64,000 nucleotides of DNA from Polyangiaceae bacterium (GTDB lineage Bacteria > Myxococcota_A > Polyangia > Polyangiales > Polyangiaceae), in contig CBDCTZ010000014.1 in NCBI GenBank assembly GCA_965222375.1, positions 352,001 to 416,000 on the forward strand, read 5' to 3'. Below are positions 1-10,394 of this stretch, piece by piece (position 1 is the first letter of the stretch; each line of letters begins with the position of its first letter). The position numbers and the translations under genes are program-made. Under the pieces are notes generated by a model. That model was not told the DNA's origin, ran no database searches, and was given only the letters and a program-made list of their open reading frames with translations.

Positions 1-20
1 TTTCGGAGTCTGCTCTCACT

Positions 21-1658
21 GTGAGCGTGCGCCTTGCCAGACTGCTGTCGGGGCTGACCTTCGGGGTCCTGTTGCTGCTGCCCTTTGCTTTGCCGGCGCA
101 GTCCGGCGCTCCGCTTCAGTCGCAGACTCTCAAGGCCATCCGCGCCCAGATGGAAAAGGGACAGGCTCTGTTCCTGGCGAAAGACTACGAGGGAGCCTCG
201 AAAATCTTCGAGCAGGGCTATTCGCAGCATCCGTATCCGGCATTCTTGTTCAACGCGGGCGTGTGTCACGAGCGCCTGGGTCGCTACGGTCTGGCGGCGG
301 ACAAGCTGGAGGAGTACCTGCGAGTCGACCCCAACGCGCCGGATGCCGCGAACGTGCGCCAGCGCATTGCCAAGCTCCGTGCTGCGACGCCGCCCGCTGT
401 GCCGACTGCCGACGCGGGTACAGACGCTGATGCAGAACCCAGGGATGCCGGCGCTGACGGCGCGGAGGCATCAGTGCCCCCTCCCATCGTGGCTCCGCCG
501 ACCCCAGCGGATACGAAGTCGCTCATCATCATCGAGACCGAGCCGTCCGGTGCCCCGATCCGCTTGTTCCGCAAGGTGTCGCCGAGCGCCGCGAAGTTTC
601 GACCCGGGGCGCCGACTCCGGGTTGGAAAGAAGTCCTGTCCCAGCCCGCGCCCGCCAGCGCCAGCCTGGATGAGGGTGAGTTCCACCTGGTCATCGAGAA
701 GTTTCGCGACTTCAACGCGACGGACACGGAAGTGCGCATCGAGTCCGGCCGTGTTTTTCACTTCCGCGCCAACCTGTCTCAAGGGAAATTCATGGGATTC
801 CTGCGGGTAAGGGCCAACGTCGAAGGGGCTAAAATCTTCGTAGATGACCCGAAGCGAAAGCGGCCCCCTTGGGGTCGCACCCCGTCGTCGGAGTTGGTCT
901 CTCGGGGCGAGCACAGCCTGCTCGTGGTGAAGCCCGGCTACGAGCCTCTGTCGAAGAAGATCGTCGTTGCCCAAGCGCAGCAGGTCGAAGTCGAAGTCCA
1001 GCTGGTACGCGAGAAGTTTGGAACCCTGCGCATCGACGCGAATACGGCCGAGGCTCGAGTCGAAGTCGAAGGGCGGCCCATCGGCATTTGGCGCGCAGGG
1101 CAGGCGCCGCTGGAGCATCGGCTTCGAGCGGGTCGCCGGCAGCTCGTCATTCGTGCTGATGGTCACAAGACCTTCGAGGGCAAGGTCGATGTGCCCCGGG
1201 GCCAGGTTCTGCCGGTGCATGCGGAGTTGATTCCCACGCCTTCGCGCGGTGCGGCTTGGACTCAGGCGATCGTGGGTGGAGTGTTCTTGGGCGCCGGGAC
1301 CTTCCTGGGCCTTCAGTCCAACTCCTTGCACGATGAGTTGGAGGCCGATCGCCAGGCCGGGACCTTGGAGCGCGAGGACGAACGAATCAACCGGGGGCGG
1401 CTCTTTGCGATTGGTGCAAACGTTGGCTTTGCCATTGGGGGCGTGTTGGCGGGGCTCGCAACCTACAACTTCATCAAGGATCCCTTGCCGGAGTCCGGGG
1501 TGACCATCGATCCGGCGCAGGAACCCCCGGAGCCCGGTGCGGCCAAACCAGCCTTGGGTCCCCGGCGGCCCCGACCCGCCGCTCGACGCGCGCCGCCCAG
1601 GCCCCAACCGTCCATCCGTGTCGAGTTTGGGCTATTGGGGATCGGGGGACGCTTCTGA
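21..1658 (+). CDS. TPR + PEGA domain-containing membrane/secreted protein
   Basis: Signal peptide; TPR-like segment (AFLFNAGVCHERLGRY...YLRVDPNAPDA); PEGA-type repeats (RVRANVEGAKIFVD...GEHSLLVVKPGYEP; RIDANTAEARVEVEG); C-terminal hydrophobic segments. Confidence 0.8.
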   Translation: MSVRLARLLSGLTFGVLLLLPFALPAQSGAPLQSQTLKAIRAQMEKGQALFLAKDYEGASKIFEQGYSQHPYPAFLFNAGVCHERLGRYGLAADKLEEYLRVDPNAPDAANVRQRIAKLRAATPPAVPTADAGTDADAEPRDAGADGAEASVPPPIVAPPTPADTKSLIIIETEPSGAPIRLFRKVSPSAAKFRPGAPTPGWKEVLSQPAPASASLDEGEFHLVIEKFRDFNATDTEVRIESGRVFHFRANLSQGKFMGFLRVRANVEGAKIFVDDPKRKRPPWGRTPSSELVSRGEHSLLVVKPGYEPLSKKIVVAQAQQVEVEVQLVREKFGTLRIDANTAEARVEVEGRPIGIWRAGQAPLEHRLRAGRRQLVIRADGHKTFEGKVDVPRGQVLPVHAELIPTPSRGAAWTQAIVGGVFLGAGTFLGLQSNSLHDELEADRQAGTLEREDERINRGRLFAIGANVGFAIGGVLAGLATYNFIKDPLPESGVTIDPAQEPPEPGAAKPALGPRRPRPAARRAPPRPQPSIRVEFGLLGIGGRF

Positions 1659-2980
1659 TGCGACGTTGGCTACTATTCGCCGCCGCCGCTGGAGCGCTCT
1701 CGTGCTCTTGGACGCGGTTTGACGACTTGGAAGAGAACGCTTCGGTTCTCGTACTCAAACAACCCTCGGGCATGCCCGGTTTCGGCTCATCCCTGGCGTC
1801 CGCAGCAGACGGCAATCGCGTTTTGGTGATGGTCGGTGGGGGGGCGAAGGCTGGGAACGGGGCAGCGGTCTTCGAGCTAGGCCAGGGTCAAGACCCAAAC
1901 CTAGACGCCTTTGACATTGGCCAGTGCAACACCAATGACTGCGTGTTGGCTCGCACCATTGCTGCGTTGCCCTTGGCGCAATCCCCATCCGGGATGGCGA
2001 AGTCCGCCTGCTGGGTGAGCGGCTTCCAAAAAATGCCCGGTGCGGATCCTGCCCTATCCGTGGCCTGTACCGAGACCGGGAAGCAGCGTTTCGTCTACAC
2101 TCTGCCTCTGCCGGTGGCCGCCGACGCCGACATGGACGAGCTGACCCTGGCAGGAGAGTCCCTCCCGCCTGTGGGCGCCCAGCCCATAGCGACGGCATTG
2201 ATGGCTGGCTTTCCGTCCCTCACCAGCACCGGCGGAGGTGCCGCGGTGGCCTTCGCGCCGGCGTCCGCAGCGCCCATTGCCCTGGTGCTGGCAGCACTGC
2301 CGGCGAGTTTCGGAGCCGCCGTGGCGGTGATGCGCCAGGGCTCGACTCGGCGCTTTGTCGTGGGCGCGCCGGAGGCTGCCCAGCTCTTCGTTTTCGATGA
2401 AACAGGCCAGGAGCTCGGCTGCCTGTCTGGTCCCGCGCGCTTCGCCCGAACTCTCGCCGCCGGAGATGTCGACGGCAATGGCGACGATGATTTGGTGGTA
2501 GCGACCGAAACGGAAGTATTGGTCGTACGAGGAGCGGCGGTCACCTCCCTAAACCAGCCGGGCAGCTGCTCGAGCGTCGCTGCCAGCGACACCTTGGCGA
2601 CCCTGCGTTGCCGGCGCACATCAGATGTCGATGGCTGCCCCGGCGGCTTTGGCGATGCGCTGGCGGTAGGGGATATCGACGGCAACGGTGACGGGGAAGT
2701 GGCTGTAGGTGCGCCGGGCGCGAGTGTCCGGGGAGAAGGCTCCGCCGGCGCCGTATTCGTGTACGACGTCAACCTCAACGCCAAGAATCCGGAGTTCGTG
2801 ACGGAAGAACGCTACATCGCTTCCGCGGGAAGCGGCGACCGCTTGGGGTCCGCTATCACCTTCGCGCCTCAGAAGGGACGTCACATCCTGGTGGCGGGTG
2901 CGCCGGCGGGAGGCAAGGCAGCGGTCTTTTACTGCTCCCGCCTGCTTCCTGCCTCGAAGCGTGGGAAGCGCTGCGAGTAG
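1658..2980 (+). CDS. FG-GAP (integrin-alpha-like beta-propeller) repeat lipoprotein
   Basis: Lipobox-like ALSC; motifs [44 protein letters not shown]; start overlaps upstream stop (TGATG). Confidence 0.8.
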   Translation: MRRWLLFAAAAGALSCSWTRFDDLEENASVLVLKQPSGMPGFGSSLASAADGNRVLVMVGGGAKAGNGAAVFELGQGQDPNLDAFDIGQCNTNDCVLARTIAALPLAQSPSGMAKSACWVSGFQKMPGADPALSVACTETGKQRFVYTLPLPVAADADMDELTLAGESLPPVGAQPIATALMAGFPSLTSTGGGAAVAFAPASAAPIALVLAALPASFGAAVAVMRQGSTRRFVVGAPEAAQLFVFDETGQELGCLSGPARFARTLAAGDVDGNGDDDLVVATETEVLVVRGAAVTSLNQPGSCSSVAASDTLATLRCRRTSDVDGCPGGFGDALAVGDIDGNGDGEVAVGAPGASVRGEGSAGAVFVYDVNLNAKNPEFVTEERYIASAGSGDRLGSAITFAPQKGRHILVAGAPAGGKAAVFYCSRLLPASKRGKRCE

Positions 2981-2985
2981 ACGCC

Positions 2986-4416
2986 ATGCTGCCTGAACGC
3001 AAACAAGTCCTGGTCGTTGACGACGAACCGAATCTACGGCGGGTCCTGTCCGCGCAGTTGGAGCGGGACGGCTACGAAGTCCATACCGCAGAGGATGGGG
3101 AGTTGGCCCTTGGGGTGCTCAAGGATCACCACATCGATCTCGTCATCACGGATCTGCGCATGCCCAAAATGGACGGCATGGAGCTGCTTCGCCGCGCCTT
3201 GGAGCTCGATGAGTCGCTTCCGGTCGTGATGATCACTGCCCACGGCACTGTCGACAACGCCGTCGAGGCGCTCAAGACCGGCGCCTTCGACTACATCACG
3301 AAGCCCTTCGATCAAGCCGAGGTTCGCGGCATCGTTCGCAAAGCGCTGCGGACTCGGGACTTGTCGGAAACTGAAGCGACCCGCAGCCCCGCCGCTAGCG
3401 TGCCCGCAGACGCCAGGTTCGGCATCATTGGCAAGAGCCAGGCCATACTCGACATCTACGATGTGATCAGCAGAGTCGCGGCCACGCCCACGACTGTGTT
3501 GATCAGTGGAGAGAGCGGAACCGGCAAGGAGTTGGTTGCCCGCGCCCTGCACGAGAACTCGACACGCAAAGACAAGCCGTTCATCAAGGTCAACTGCGCG
3601 GCGATCCCTCGCGATCTGATGGAGAGCGAACTGTTCGGATACGAGCGTGGGGCGTTCACGGGGGCCGTCTCGTCCAAACCCGGCCGCTTCGAACTGGCTA
3701 GCGGCGGCACGTTGTTCTTGGACGAAATCGGAAGCATCCCAGTGGAAATGCAGGTGAAGCTGCTACGCGCGCTACAGGAGAGCGAGTTCGAGCGCGTGGG
3801 TGGGGTCAAAACATTGCGGGTGGACGTCCGGCTCGTGGCGGCCACGAACTCGGACCTGAAGCGAGAGATTGCCGCCGGCACCTTTCGTGAGGACTTGTTC
3901 TACCGCTTGAATGTCGTTCCGATTCGTCTGCCGTCTTTGCGCGAGCGAGCCGGGGATATCCAGCTATTGGTCAAGCACTTCGTCGAGAAGTTCAATCTAC
4001 GTCTCAACAAGAAGGTTCAGAGCGTCTCCGCTGAGGTGTCCGAGCTGCTTCGGCGACACGCCTGGCCGGGGAACATTCGCGAGCTCGAGAACGTCGTCGA
4101 GCGTGCGGTCTTGTTCTGCGACGGTGACGTCATTTCCGTCGACGACCTACCAGCGGACGTTCGCCAGGCCGATGGGGCGCGCCCCGCACTCGAACCCGGG
4201 GAACTCGTTGGCGACCCCGGAGTAGAAGGCGACGGTCTGAAAGAACGGGTCAAAGCGGCAATGAGCCGCCTCGAGCGCACATTGATCATCAAGGCTCTCG
4301 ATCAAACGGGCGGCAACGTGACGCATGCCGCACGTATCCTGAAGATCTCTCGCAAAGGACTTCAGCTGAAGATGAAGGAGCTGGGCCTGCGCGAGCGGGA
4401 CGAGAAGCCGGAGTGA
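2986..4416 (+). CDS. NtrC-family sigma54-dependent response regulator (REC-AAA+-Fis HTH)
   Basis: VLVVDDE...DLRMPKMDG receiver; GESGTGKE Walker [50 protein letters not shown]. Confidence 0.96.
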   Translation: MLPERKQVLVVDDEPNLRRVLSAQLERDGYEVHTAEDGELALGVLKDHHIDLVITDLRMPKMDGMELLRRALELDESLPVVMITAHGTVDNAVEALKTGAFDYITKPFDQAEVRGIVRKALRTRDLSETEATRSPAASVPADARFGIIGKSQAILDIYDVISRVAATPTTVLISGESGTGKELVARALHENSTRKDKPFIKVNCAAIPRDLMESELFGYERGAFTGAVSSKPGRFELASGGTLFLDEIGSIPVEMQVKLLRALQESEFERVGGVKTLRVDVRLVAATNSDLKREIAAGTFREDLFYRLNVVPIRLPSLRERAGDIQLLVKHFVEKFNLRLNKKVQSVSAEVSELLRRHAWPGNIRELENVVERAVLFCDGDVISVDDLPADVRQADGARPALEPGELVGDPGVEGDGLKERVKAAMSRLERTLIIKALDQTGGNVTHAARILKISRKGLQLKMKELGLRERDEKPE

Positions 4417-5627
4417 CGTTGCTTCACCGCGGCAAGCTTCGACGCTGCGCCGGGGTGCTCGCTCTGGCTGCCCTGCTGGGGGCCTGCCGTGACAAGACAC
4501 CCAGCTCGAAGGGCACGCCGAGCGCTTCCGCCATCGCTAGCTTGGTTCCCGTAGGTGTGCCGGGTTCGGCGCCGGAACAGAAGAAGGGCATGGTGTACGT
4601 GCCAAAGGGGGCTCTCGTTGCGGGCACCCCACCCAACGTTCTGCCCCGCATCGCCGATGAAGAAATGGCGGGTGAGCAGGTCATCCTCAAGCCCTTCTAC
4701 ATCGACGTTTTCCCTTTCCCCAATGAAGAGGGCGCTATCCCTCGCACCAACGTGACCCGGGATGAAGCCGAGGGCCTGTGTGCTGAAAAGGGCAAACGCT
4801 TGTGCACCGAGTTGGAATGGGAGCGTGCCTGCAAGGGGCCGAAGAACCAGCTCTACGAGTATGGCAAGAGCTATCGTCCAGATCGCTGTGGCACGGGCAA
4901 GCCGGCTGGGTTGCGGCCTTGCGGTCTGTTTGTTGGATGCAAGAGCGACTTTGGCGCGTCCGACATGCATGGCGGCATCTGGGAATGGACCGCGAGCAAC
5001 TGGGGGCGGGGGATCAAACAAGAGCTGGCTACGTTGCGTGGAGGCAACGCCGCGGCGGGGGAACTCGTTGGTCGCTGCGCCAACGCCATGGGTCGTCCAG
5101 CGACGACCCGCAGCAACACCATCGGCTTTCGCTGTTGTGCGGGCAAGAAGAACGAAGCCGAGGTCGTGCTGCACGTCGTGCGTGGCAAGGCCCTGGAGCT
5201 GAGGGGCCGCTACGACCACAAGCTCGCGGCCAAAGCGCTGCTGAAGCTACCCCCAGACGCGAGAAAGGACGTCGGAGAAAAGAAGCTGAAGATCGAGCGG
5301 GTCTGGGTGTGGCGTCCCATAGGTAACGAGGAACTGCTGCTGCTTGGGGGCTGCACAGGAATCGGCAAGAAGCCTGCCTGCGGAATTCTCGTCACTCGGG
5401 TCCTGTTGGATGAACCTCACGTGGTGGGTTGGGCATCGAGTGGGCATTGGGCGCCGACCCTGCATGGGGACTACGACGCCCGAGATGTCTGGCTCTTCGG
5501 CGGCGATGACCTCGGCAGTTTTCGTCGCGTCGTGGCCTACCTCTGGGGCCGCATCAGCGTCGGACCCAAGGAGCGCCGAGTACCGCGGCCCAAGAAGAAG
5601 AAAAAAAAGAAGAGGAAGAAGCGCTGA
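4413..5627 (+). CDS. FGE-sulfatase (formylglycine-generating enzyme family) domain lipoprotein
   Basis: LGAC lipobox; [46 protein letters not shown] motifs; poly-Lys C-terminus. Confidence 0.85.
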   Translation: MTLLHRGKLRRCAGVLALAALLGACRDKTPSSKGTPSASAIASLVPVGVPGSAPEQKKGMVYVPKGALVAGTPPNVLPRIADEEMAGEQVILKPFYIDVFPFPNEEGAIPRTNVTRDEAEGLCAEKGKRLCTELEWERACKGPKNQLYEYGKSYRPDRCGTGKPAGLRPCGLFVGCKSDFGASDMHGGIWEWTASNWGRGIKQELATLRGGNAAAGELVGRCANAMGRPATTRSNTIGFRCCAGKKNEAEVVLHVVRGKALELRGRYDHKLAAKALLKLPPDARKDVGEKKLKIERVWVWRPIGNEELLLLGGCTGIGKKPACGILVTRVLLDEPHVVGWASSGHWAPTLHGDYDARDVWLFGGDDLGSFRRVVAYLWGRISVGPKERRVPRPKKKKKKKRKKR

Positions 5628-5654
5628 GCCCGCGACGCCCTAGCGGCGGAAACC

Positions 5655-6074
5655 TCAAGGGGATTCGCACAGCGCGTTGATTCGTGCGACCAGGGTTCGT
5701 TCGCGCCGCGTGAAGCGCGCCATGGAGGGTCTTGGGCGCGGCCGGCCGCTATCACCCAGCGGCGGCATCTCGCGATCCAGGTCCAGGGCGAAGCCAGTGT
5801 CTTCCATCAATGTGGCGTAGTCTTTGGCGGCCTTGGCCACACTGGGGTTCGAGAACTTCATCGCCCGAATCCGTTCCGCCAAACCAAAGTAGCGCTCAGC
5901 GATGGCCTTCTTGTCGGGTTTTGCGGCGTCCGCCAGAGCGCCGGCCTCGGCCAGCGTCCCGTTTACGGCGCTCGTCAAATTGCGGCACTCGCGAGTCCGC
6001 TCGACGCGGCCACAGCCCAGAGTCACCCCAGCCACGGCGGCCCAAAGCCACAAGATTTTCGCGGCTCGCCGCAT
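5655..6074 (-). CDS. Hypothetical helical lipoprotein
   Basis: Internal ATG at 6074 gives MRRAAKILWLWAAVAGVTLGC (signal + lipobox); the longer ORF start would overlap the divergent gene. Confidence 0.65.
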   Translation of the reverse strand: MRRAAKILWLWAAVAGVTLGCGRVERTRECRNLTSAVNGTLAEAGALADAAKPDKKAIAERYFGLAERIRAMKFSNPSVAKAAKDYATLMEDTGFALDLDREMPPLGDSGRPRPRPSMARFTRRERTLVARINALCESP

Positions 6075-6147
6075 CAGCGCCCAACTTTTGGCGGCAGCCT
6101 CCCAGAGTGTCAAGCGCTGCGGGAGTTTCGTGACTAAGAATACGCTC

Positions 6148-7266
6148 ATGAGCGTCTGGTCGCGCCGCTGCCTGGCTCTGCTCCTGGCCACCGGAGCAGT
6201 CGCTCTCGGTTGCGAGGATGAGTCACTGCCGCGCCCGCGACCCAGCGCTCCAGCATTGGCCGCGTCTGCCCTAGCTTCCTCCCGGCAGACCAAGGACTCT
6301 GGCGCGCCGGTCATCATTGGCAAGCTGCGCAAGCAGAAGCTGGACCTCGGCACTCGCAGTATGCCCGCCGAGAGTATTTCGCTATCGAAGTCCCGCTTCA
6401 TTCACCTGGGCGAGTCGGAGCTGCGTATCAATGCACTGCCGAGCGAAAAACAGATTGCGCAGGTTCCAGTAACGGAGCCCCGCCGCCTGGTCGTCCTGCG
6501 CGATGGAAGCGCGCTCGTGCTTGGCGCCAGCGAGACAGTGCTAGTGACCCGGCGGAAGCACGATGTCGTTCGGCTGCGGCGGATCTCCCTGTTTCCCCAA
6601 TCCAAGGTGCTGCCGGATCTGCACCGTTCGCGTCGCTTCTGGGTGCTGCACTCCTTCGACTCCGCGCTCTACGGTTACGAACTGGACGATGACGATGGCC
6701 TCGTCACTCTGGACGTGCGCGAGATCAAAGACTTTGACAAGCGGGTGTTTGCGTTGCTTCGGGATGGCAGTTTCCTTCACACCACCCCGAAGGGCCTGGT
6801 GCGGATGTACTTGGCAGGTAGGCGCCAGCCGGTTTCCTTGGATTCCACGGGCGCGTTTCGGTTATTGCCGGGCCGCCGATTGGATCGGATTTGGCTAGCC
6901 CGCCAATCTGGGAAGCTGCAGCTGGTCTCGCTGCTCGGCGCGCGTTCGAAGGTCATCTCTACCTTCCAGGTCGACGGCGTGTTCGATGTAGCCTCCGGAG
7001 CCGACAAACTTGCGGTGCTTCGGGTCGCTCGGAAAGACAAGGAGCGTCACTTCAAAGTGGAACTCTACAGCGCCAGGGGCAAGCTGCTCTGGAGCGATAG
7101 CCTCGAATTGGGCATTGACAGCGCGGTCGGCGATGACTGGCTCGCGAGGGTGGCTCGCAATCGTGGAATTGCCTTGTCTGACAACGCCAAGTGGCTCGCC
7201 GTGGGTGGACCGGGCGGCGCGGTGTTGTGGGATGCGGCGAAGGGCGAGCGCGTCCTGACCCGCTAG
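6148..7266 (+). CDS. Hypothetical lipoprotein, probable beta-propeller
   Basis: ATG at 6148 gives MSVWSRRCLALLLATGAVALGC lipobox; beta-rich body ending in WD-like WLAVGG...VLWDAAKGE. Confidence 0.65.
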   Translation: MSVWSRRCLALLLATGAVALGCEDESLPRPRPSAPALAASALASSRQTKDSGAPVIIGKLRKQKLDLGTRSMPAESISLSKSRFIHLGESELRINALPSEKQIAQVPVTEPRRLVVLRDGSALVLGASETVLVTRRKHDVVRLRRISLFPQSKVLPDLHRSRRFWVLHSFDSALYGYELDDDDGLVTLDVREIKDFDKRVFALLRDGSFLHTTPKGLVRMYLAGRRQPVSLDSTGAFRLLPGRRLDRIWLARQSGKLQLVSLLGARSKVISTFQVDGVFDVASGADKLAVLRVARKDKERHFKVELYSARGKLLWSDSLELGIDSAVGDDWLARVARNRGIALSDNAKWLAVGGPGGAVLWDAAKGERVLTR

Positions 7267-8810
7267 CGGATGCGCACCCAGGTACCGGGCCCTCGGGCGC
7301 CGCCGCTGCGCACGCTATGCCACCCGGGCGGCAAGTCAGGCAGAGTCCACTCGAACAACCACTTGGCATCCGCCGGCGAGAGGTTCACACAGCCGCCGCT
7401 CTTGGGCTCTCCAAATCGGTCATGCCAGTAAGCCGCGTGAAGCGCGAAGGGCATGTGAAAGAACTGGGTCCAGGCAACCTCGCTCAAGTAGTAGCTCTTG
7501 CGCTCGGGATCTGGCGACATCGTGGTGGACCGATGCTTCCACTCGAGCCTGAAGGTGCCAGTGGGCGTCGCATGTTTGGCTGGCCGCCCGTCGCCATCCC
7601 GCCTGTAGCCGCTGATACCGGGTGAAATCAGAGTGGCAAACACCGCCCGCCGCCCTTCGTAGGCGACCAGCGTGCCTCGGTGGATGCTTATGTCGATCCA
7701 CTTCTCGCCTCGAGTGAGTTCGAAACCCCTGGGCGGGTGCTTTCGGATCACGCTCGCTTTGAGGTCGTCCTCGATGAACAGGCCGTCTTGTCGCGTTTCG
7801 AGATAGCGACGCGACCCCCGGCTGAGCACTCGGCCGGATAGTCCTACCCAGCTGAGTCGCTTCCAAGTGCCGCCGGTGCGCTCGACCTTTCCGCGGAGGG
7901 TGTCACCCACACTTGCCGGTCGCACATTTCCGCCCTGGGCCAGCCGAAACACTGGCGAGTCCTGCCCGCGCACGAAGGCGATGGGCAAGCGTGCGCTCTG
8001 GGCGAGCTTCAGTCCACGGAACGCACTCGGCGATTGGATGTCGACACGGTCCTTCGGCACCAAACTGAAATCCTGCGTCAGCAGGAAGCTCCTGCCCTCC
8101 GCAGAGAGTTCGTCCACGAAGGCAATGCTGGAACGCGCAGGTACAAATCCGCCCCGTACCCGCTTTGGATGCCCATGATGTTTGGCGAAAGGCGACCAAG
8201 CGCCATCTTGCAGCATCTTGGGGATGGGGCTCTTGCCGATGGTGGTGTCGGCGCCGCGCAGGGCTCTAGGGACTTCTCCAGAGCGCGCTCGTTTCAGCTG
8301 GTCCAAATGGGCGCCTTCGCTTCGGCGCTGCTCGGCGGCGGTTGGGATCTTGCGGTACCAGGGGCTGAGCCGCGACTTGGCGTAGCGGTACGGATTTGGA
8401 CGATCGAAGTCACCTCCCCGGCGCTGCAACGCCGCCAGCAAGGGATCCGAGTCTACGTCTCGGGTGACGTCTTTGTTCTTGCAAACGTAGCCTTCCGGTT
8501 TGATGGGCAGCCAGCCGCCGTCACAGCCCTCGACGCCGGATGCTTGCGTGGCTTTCAGTTCGACCACATTGCCCAGGTGCAAGGCGCCGATCTCGGTGCT
8601 GCCCGGTCGGGGCTGCGATCGCACATACACCCGTGTTGCGAGCACGCCGATTCTCGGAGGCGCCGGCTGAGGCTTGGGATACAGAATAGCCGTAGGCAAC
8701 TCGGCGCCTTCGTCGACCGTGGGCGCAGCGGGCCCTGCCTCAGGTGCTCCTGCCTGTTGGCAGCCCAGGCAGAAGGTCGTTAGGCCGAGGGCGAGACGGG
8801 CGGCACGCAT
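7263..8810 (-). CDS. L,D-transpeptidase (YkuD/ErfK family) lipoprotein
   Basis: LGC lipobox; SH3-like N-terminal region; KWIDISI...TLVAYEG, TPTGTF, catalytic ALHAAYWH...SGGCVNLS motif. Confidence 0.9.
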   Translation of the reverse strand: MRAARLALGLTTFCLGCQQAGAPEAGPAAPTVDEGAELPTAILYPKPQPAPPRIGVLATRVYVRSQPRPGSTEIGALHLGNVVELKATQASGVEGCDGGWLPIKPEGYVCKNKDVTRDVDSDPLLAALQRRGGDFDRPNPYRYAKSRLSPWYRKIPTAAEQRRSEGAHLDQLKRARSGEVPRALRGADTTIGKSPIPKMLQDGAWSPFAKHHGHPKRVRGGFVPARSSIAFVDELSAEGRSFLLTQDFSLVPKDRVDIQSPSAFRGLKLAQSARLPIAFVRGQDSPVFRLAQGGNVRPASVGDTLRGKVERTGGTWKRLSWVGLSGRVLSRGSRRYLETRQDGLFIEDDLKASVIRKHPPRGFELTRGEKWIDISIHRGTLVAYEGRRAVFATLISPGISGYRRDGDGRPAKHATPTGTFRLEWKHRSTTMSPDPERKSYYLSEVAWTQFFHMPFALHAAYWHDRFGEPKSGGCVNLSPADAKWLFEWTLPDLPPGWHSVRSGGARGPGTWVRIR

Positions 8811-8932
8811 CTTCCGCGGATTTTGGGGGTGGGCGCCCGGATCCGGAAAGTTTTCGACAGCTGGCGACTACCTGGGTTTGGGGTCGCGGAATTTAGTCGT
8901 CCCTGCGGCCCTACTCTCGACTATGGGGTGGC

Positions 8933-9278
8933 CTGTCCGTCCAGAACAAAGTGGTCCGTCGCCCTGAGGTAGAGGGGAGTTCTTCGTCGGCAGCGCGTTG
9001 GTTGGGGAGAAAGTCCAGCTCAGGCTGTCTGAATCGACTATTCGCGGTCGTGGCTTGTCGGAAGACGAGGAAACCAAGAACGGGCTGTCTGAATCGACTA
9101 TTCGCGCTCGCAATGGCGCATAGGTGGAGGTCCGTTGGCGGGGCGCAATCGCCGTGACAAGGTCGTGGCCAGCTTTCGCTGGACGCCTGGAGCGAGAGTA
9201 ACGCGCTCACCGCCTCTGGACAGCCGTTGATTGGCTTTCTCAGGTCAACCTTGTGGGCTGCCGGAGTCTGGAGGTTTT
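8933..9278. ncRNA. Candidate bridge/seek RNA region of the IS1111-type element (strand and ends unresolved)
   Basis: 346-nt non-coding segment downstream of the transposase, where IS1111-group guide RNAs are known to lie; internal complementarities; short matches to the insertion flanks. Confidence 0.6.
9023..9106. repeat. Perfect 24-bp direct repeat ggctgtctgaatcgactattcgcg x2, 36-bp spacer
   Basis: Copies at 9023-9046 and 9083-9106. Confidence 0.95.
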
Positions 9279-10307
9279 CTACGCCACGGTTTGCGCTGCC
9301 TTTCGATGGTTGAGCTCGTATACAGAGCCGTCGCGCCACAACGCGAAGAGCACGCCAGCTAGTTTGCGGGCCAACGCCACGGTAGCGATGAATTTGCCAC
9401 GGCGTTGCTCGATTTGCTCTGCCCACTTGGACATTGGGTCGTTGGGCCGTGTACGCCGAAAGGTCCACGCCGCCTGCACCAAGTTGGTGCGCACCATCGC
9501 CGGTCCGGCCTTGGTGATCCCGAGCCGTTGCTGACGATCGCCGCTGGATTTCTCGCCCGGAGTCAGCCCAAGAAAGGCTTCGACAGAGTGAGCGCTCGGA
9601 AAACGTGTCCTGTCGTCGAGTGCTGCCACAAAGCGCATGCTGGTTGCCGGACCGATACCGGGCACCGTCATGAGACGCTGACAGACTGGGTCCTTCTTCG
9701 CCAGGGCCCTGAGCTCCTCGTTGGCTTCCTTGATCTGCACGTTGAGAGCTTCGATGGCCTGCAAAAGACGCTCGACGTGCTGCGGCAATCCATCGGGATG
9801 AGCGAGGGCTGCAGCGCGGAGGCGTGTGGGCAAGGTCGTGGGCTCGCCGGAGCACATTTTCAACAGTTGCGTACGCCTCCAGCCTTGCACTGCATTTGCC
9901 AATGCCGTGCGTGCACCAAGCAGTTGCTCGCGCATTGCGCACATCGTGCGTCTGTCGCGAGCCTGCTCCGCCGGGATGTGCACCGATGGCAAGTCGATAC
10001 GGCACGAGACTTCGCTGAGGACCTGCGCATCGCGCCGGTCGGTCTTGATGCCTCGAGCCCCGACCCCCAAACTGCGCACCAACGTTGCTGGGACCACACG
10101 CACCTCGTGTCCACATTCCAGAGCCCAGTCGGCGACTCGGAATGCTTCCGAACACGTTTCCAGTACAATTCGGCTCTTGGGCTGGTGCTGAAAGAAGCAC
10201 ATCAAACTGCTGGTCGCGATCCTCTTCTCCAGCAGAATTCCTTCGTCCGCGGCCCGCACACACACCTGCGATTGTTTTCCACCCAGATCGACTCCAATAT
10301 GCTCCAT
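9279..10307 (-). CDS. IS110-family transposase/recombinase
   Basis: HIGVDL (D), IVLET (E), KTDRRDA (DD); TVPGIGP; FLGLTPGEKSSG with catalytic Ser; GITKAG; VALARKLAGVLFALWRDG; GAGGAG RBS upstream. Confidence 0.97.
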   Translation of the reverse strand: MEHIGVDLGGKQSQVCVRAADEGILLEKRIATSSLMCFFQHQPKSRIVLETCSEAFRVADWALECGHEVRVVPATLVRSLGVGARGIKTDRRDAQVLSEVSCRIDLPSVHIPAEQARDRRTMCAMREQLLGARTALANAVQGWRRTQLLKMCSGEPTTLPTRLRAAALAHPDGLPQHVERLLQAIEALNVQIKEANEELRALAKKDPVCQRLMTVPGIGPATSMRFVAALDDRTRFPSAHSVEAFLGLTPGEKSSGDRQQRLGITKAGPAMVRTNLVQAAWTFRRTRPNDPMSKWAEQIEQRRGKFIATVALARKLAGVLFALWRDGSVYELNHRKAAQTVA

Positions 10308-10394
10308 GGCTGTCTCCTCTAATCACTGCGCCTTTGAGCGCGTCTGTTGATTGAGGCCCGGTTTCCGGTGACCTCGTTAATGAGGAGACAGCCA
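10307..10394 (-). promoter_or_regulatory. 13-bp inverted repeat able to sequester the transposase RBS
   Basis: tggctgtctcctc (10307-10319) is the reverse complement of gaggagacagcca (10382-10394); one arm is the SD-to-start region of the transposase. Confidence 0.7.

Noticed and set aside
9023..9106. CRISPR array (24-bp repeat, 36-bp spacer)
   Set aside because: Only two copies, no cas genes or AT-rich leader, and it lies inside an IS non-coding end; better explained as IS RNA structure.
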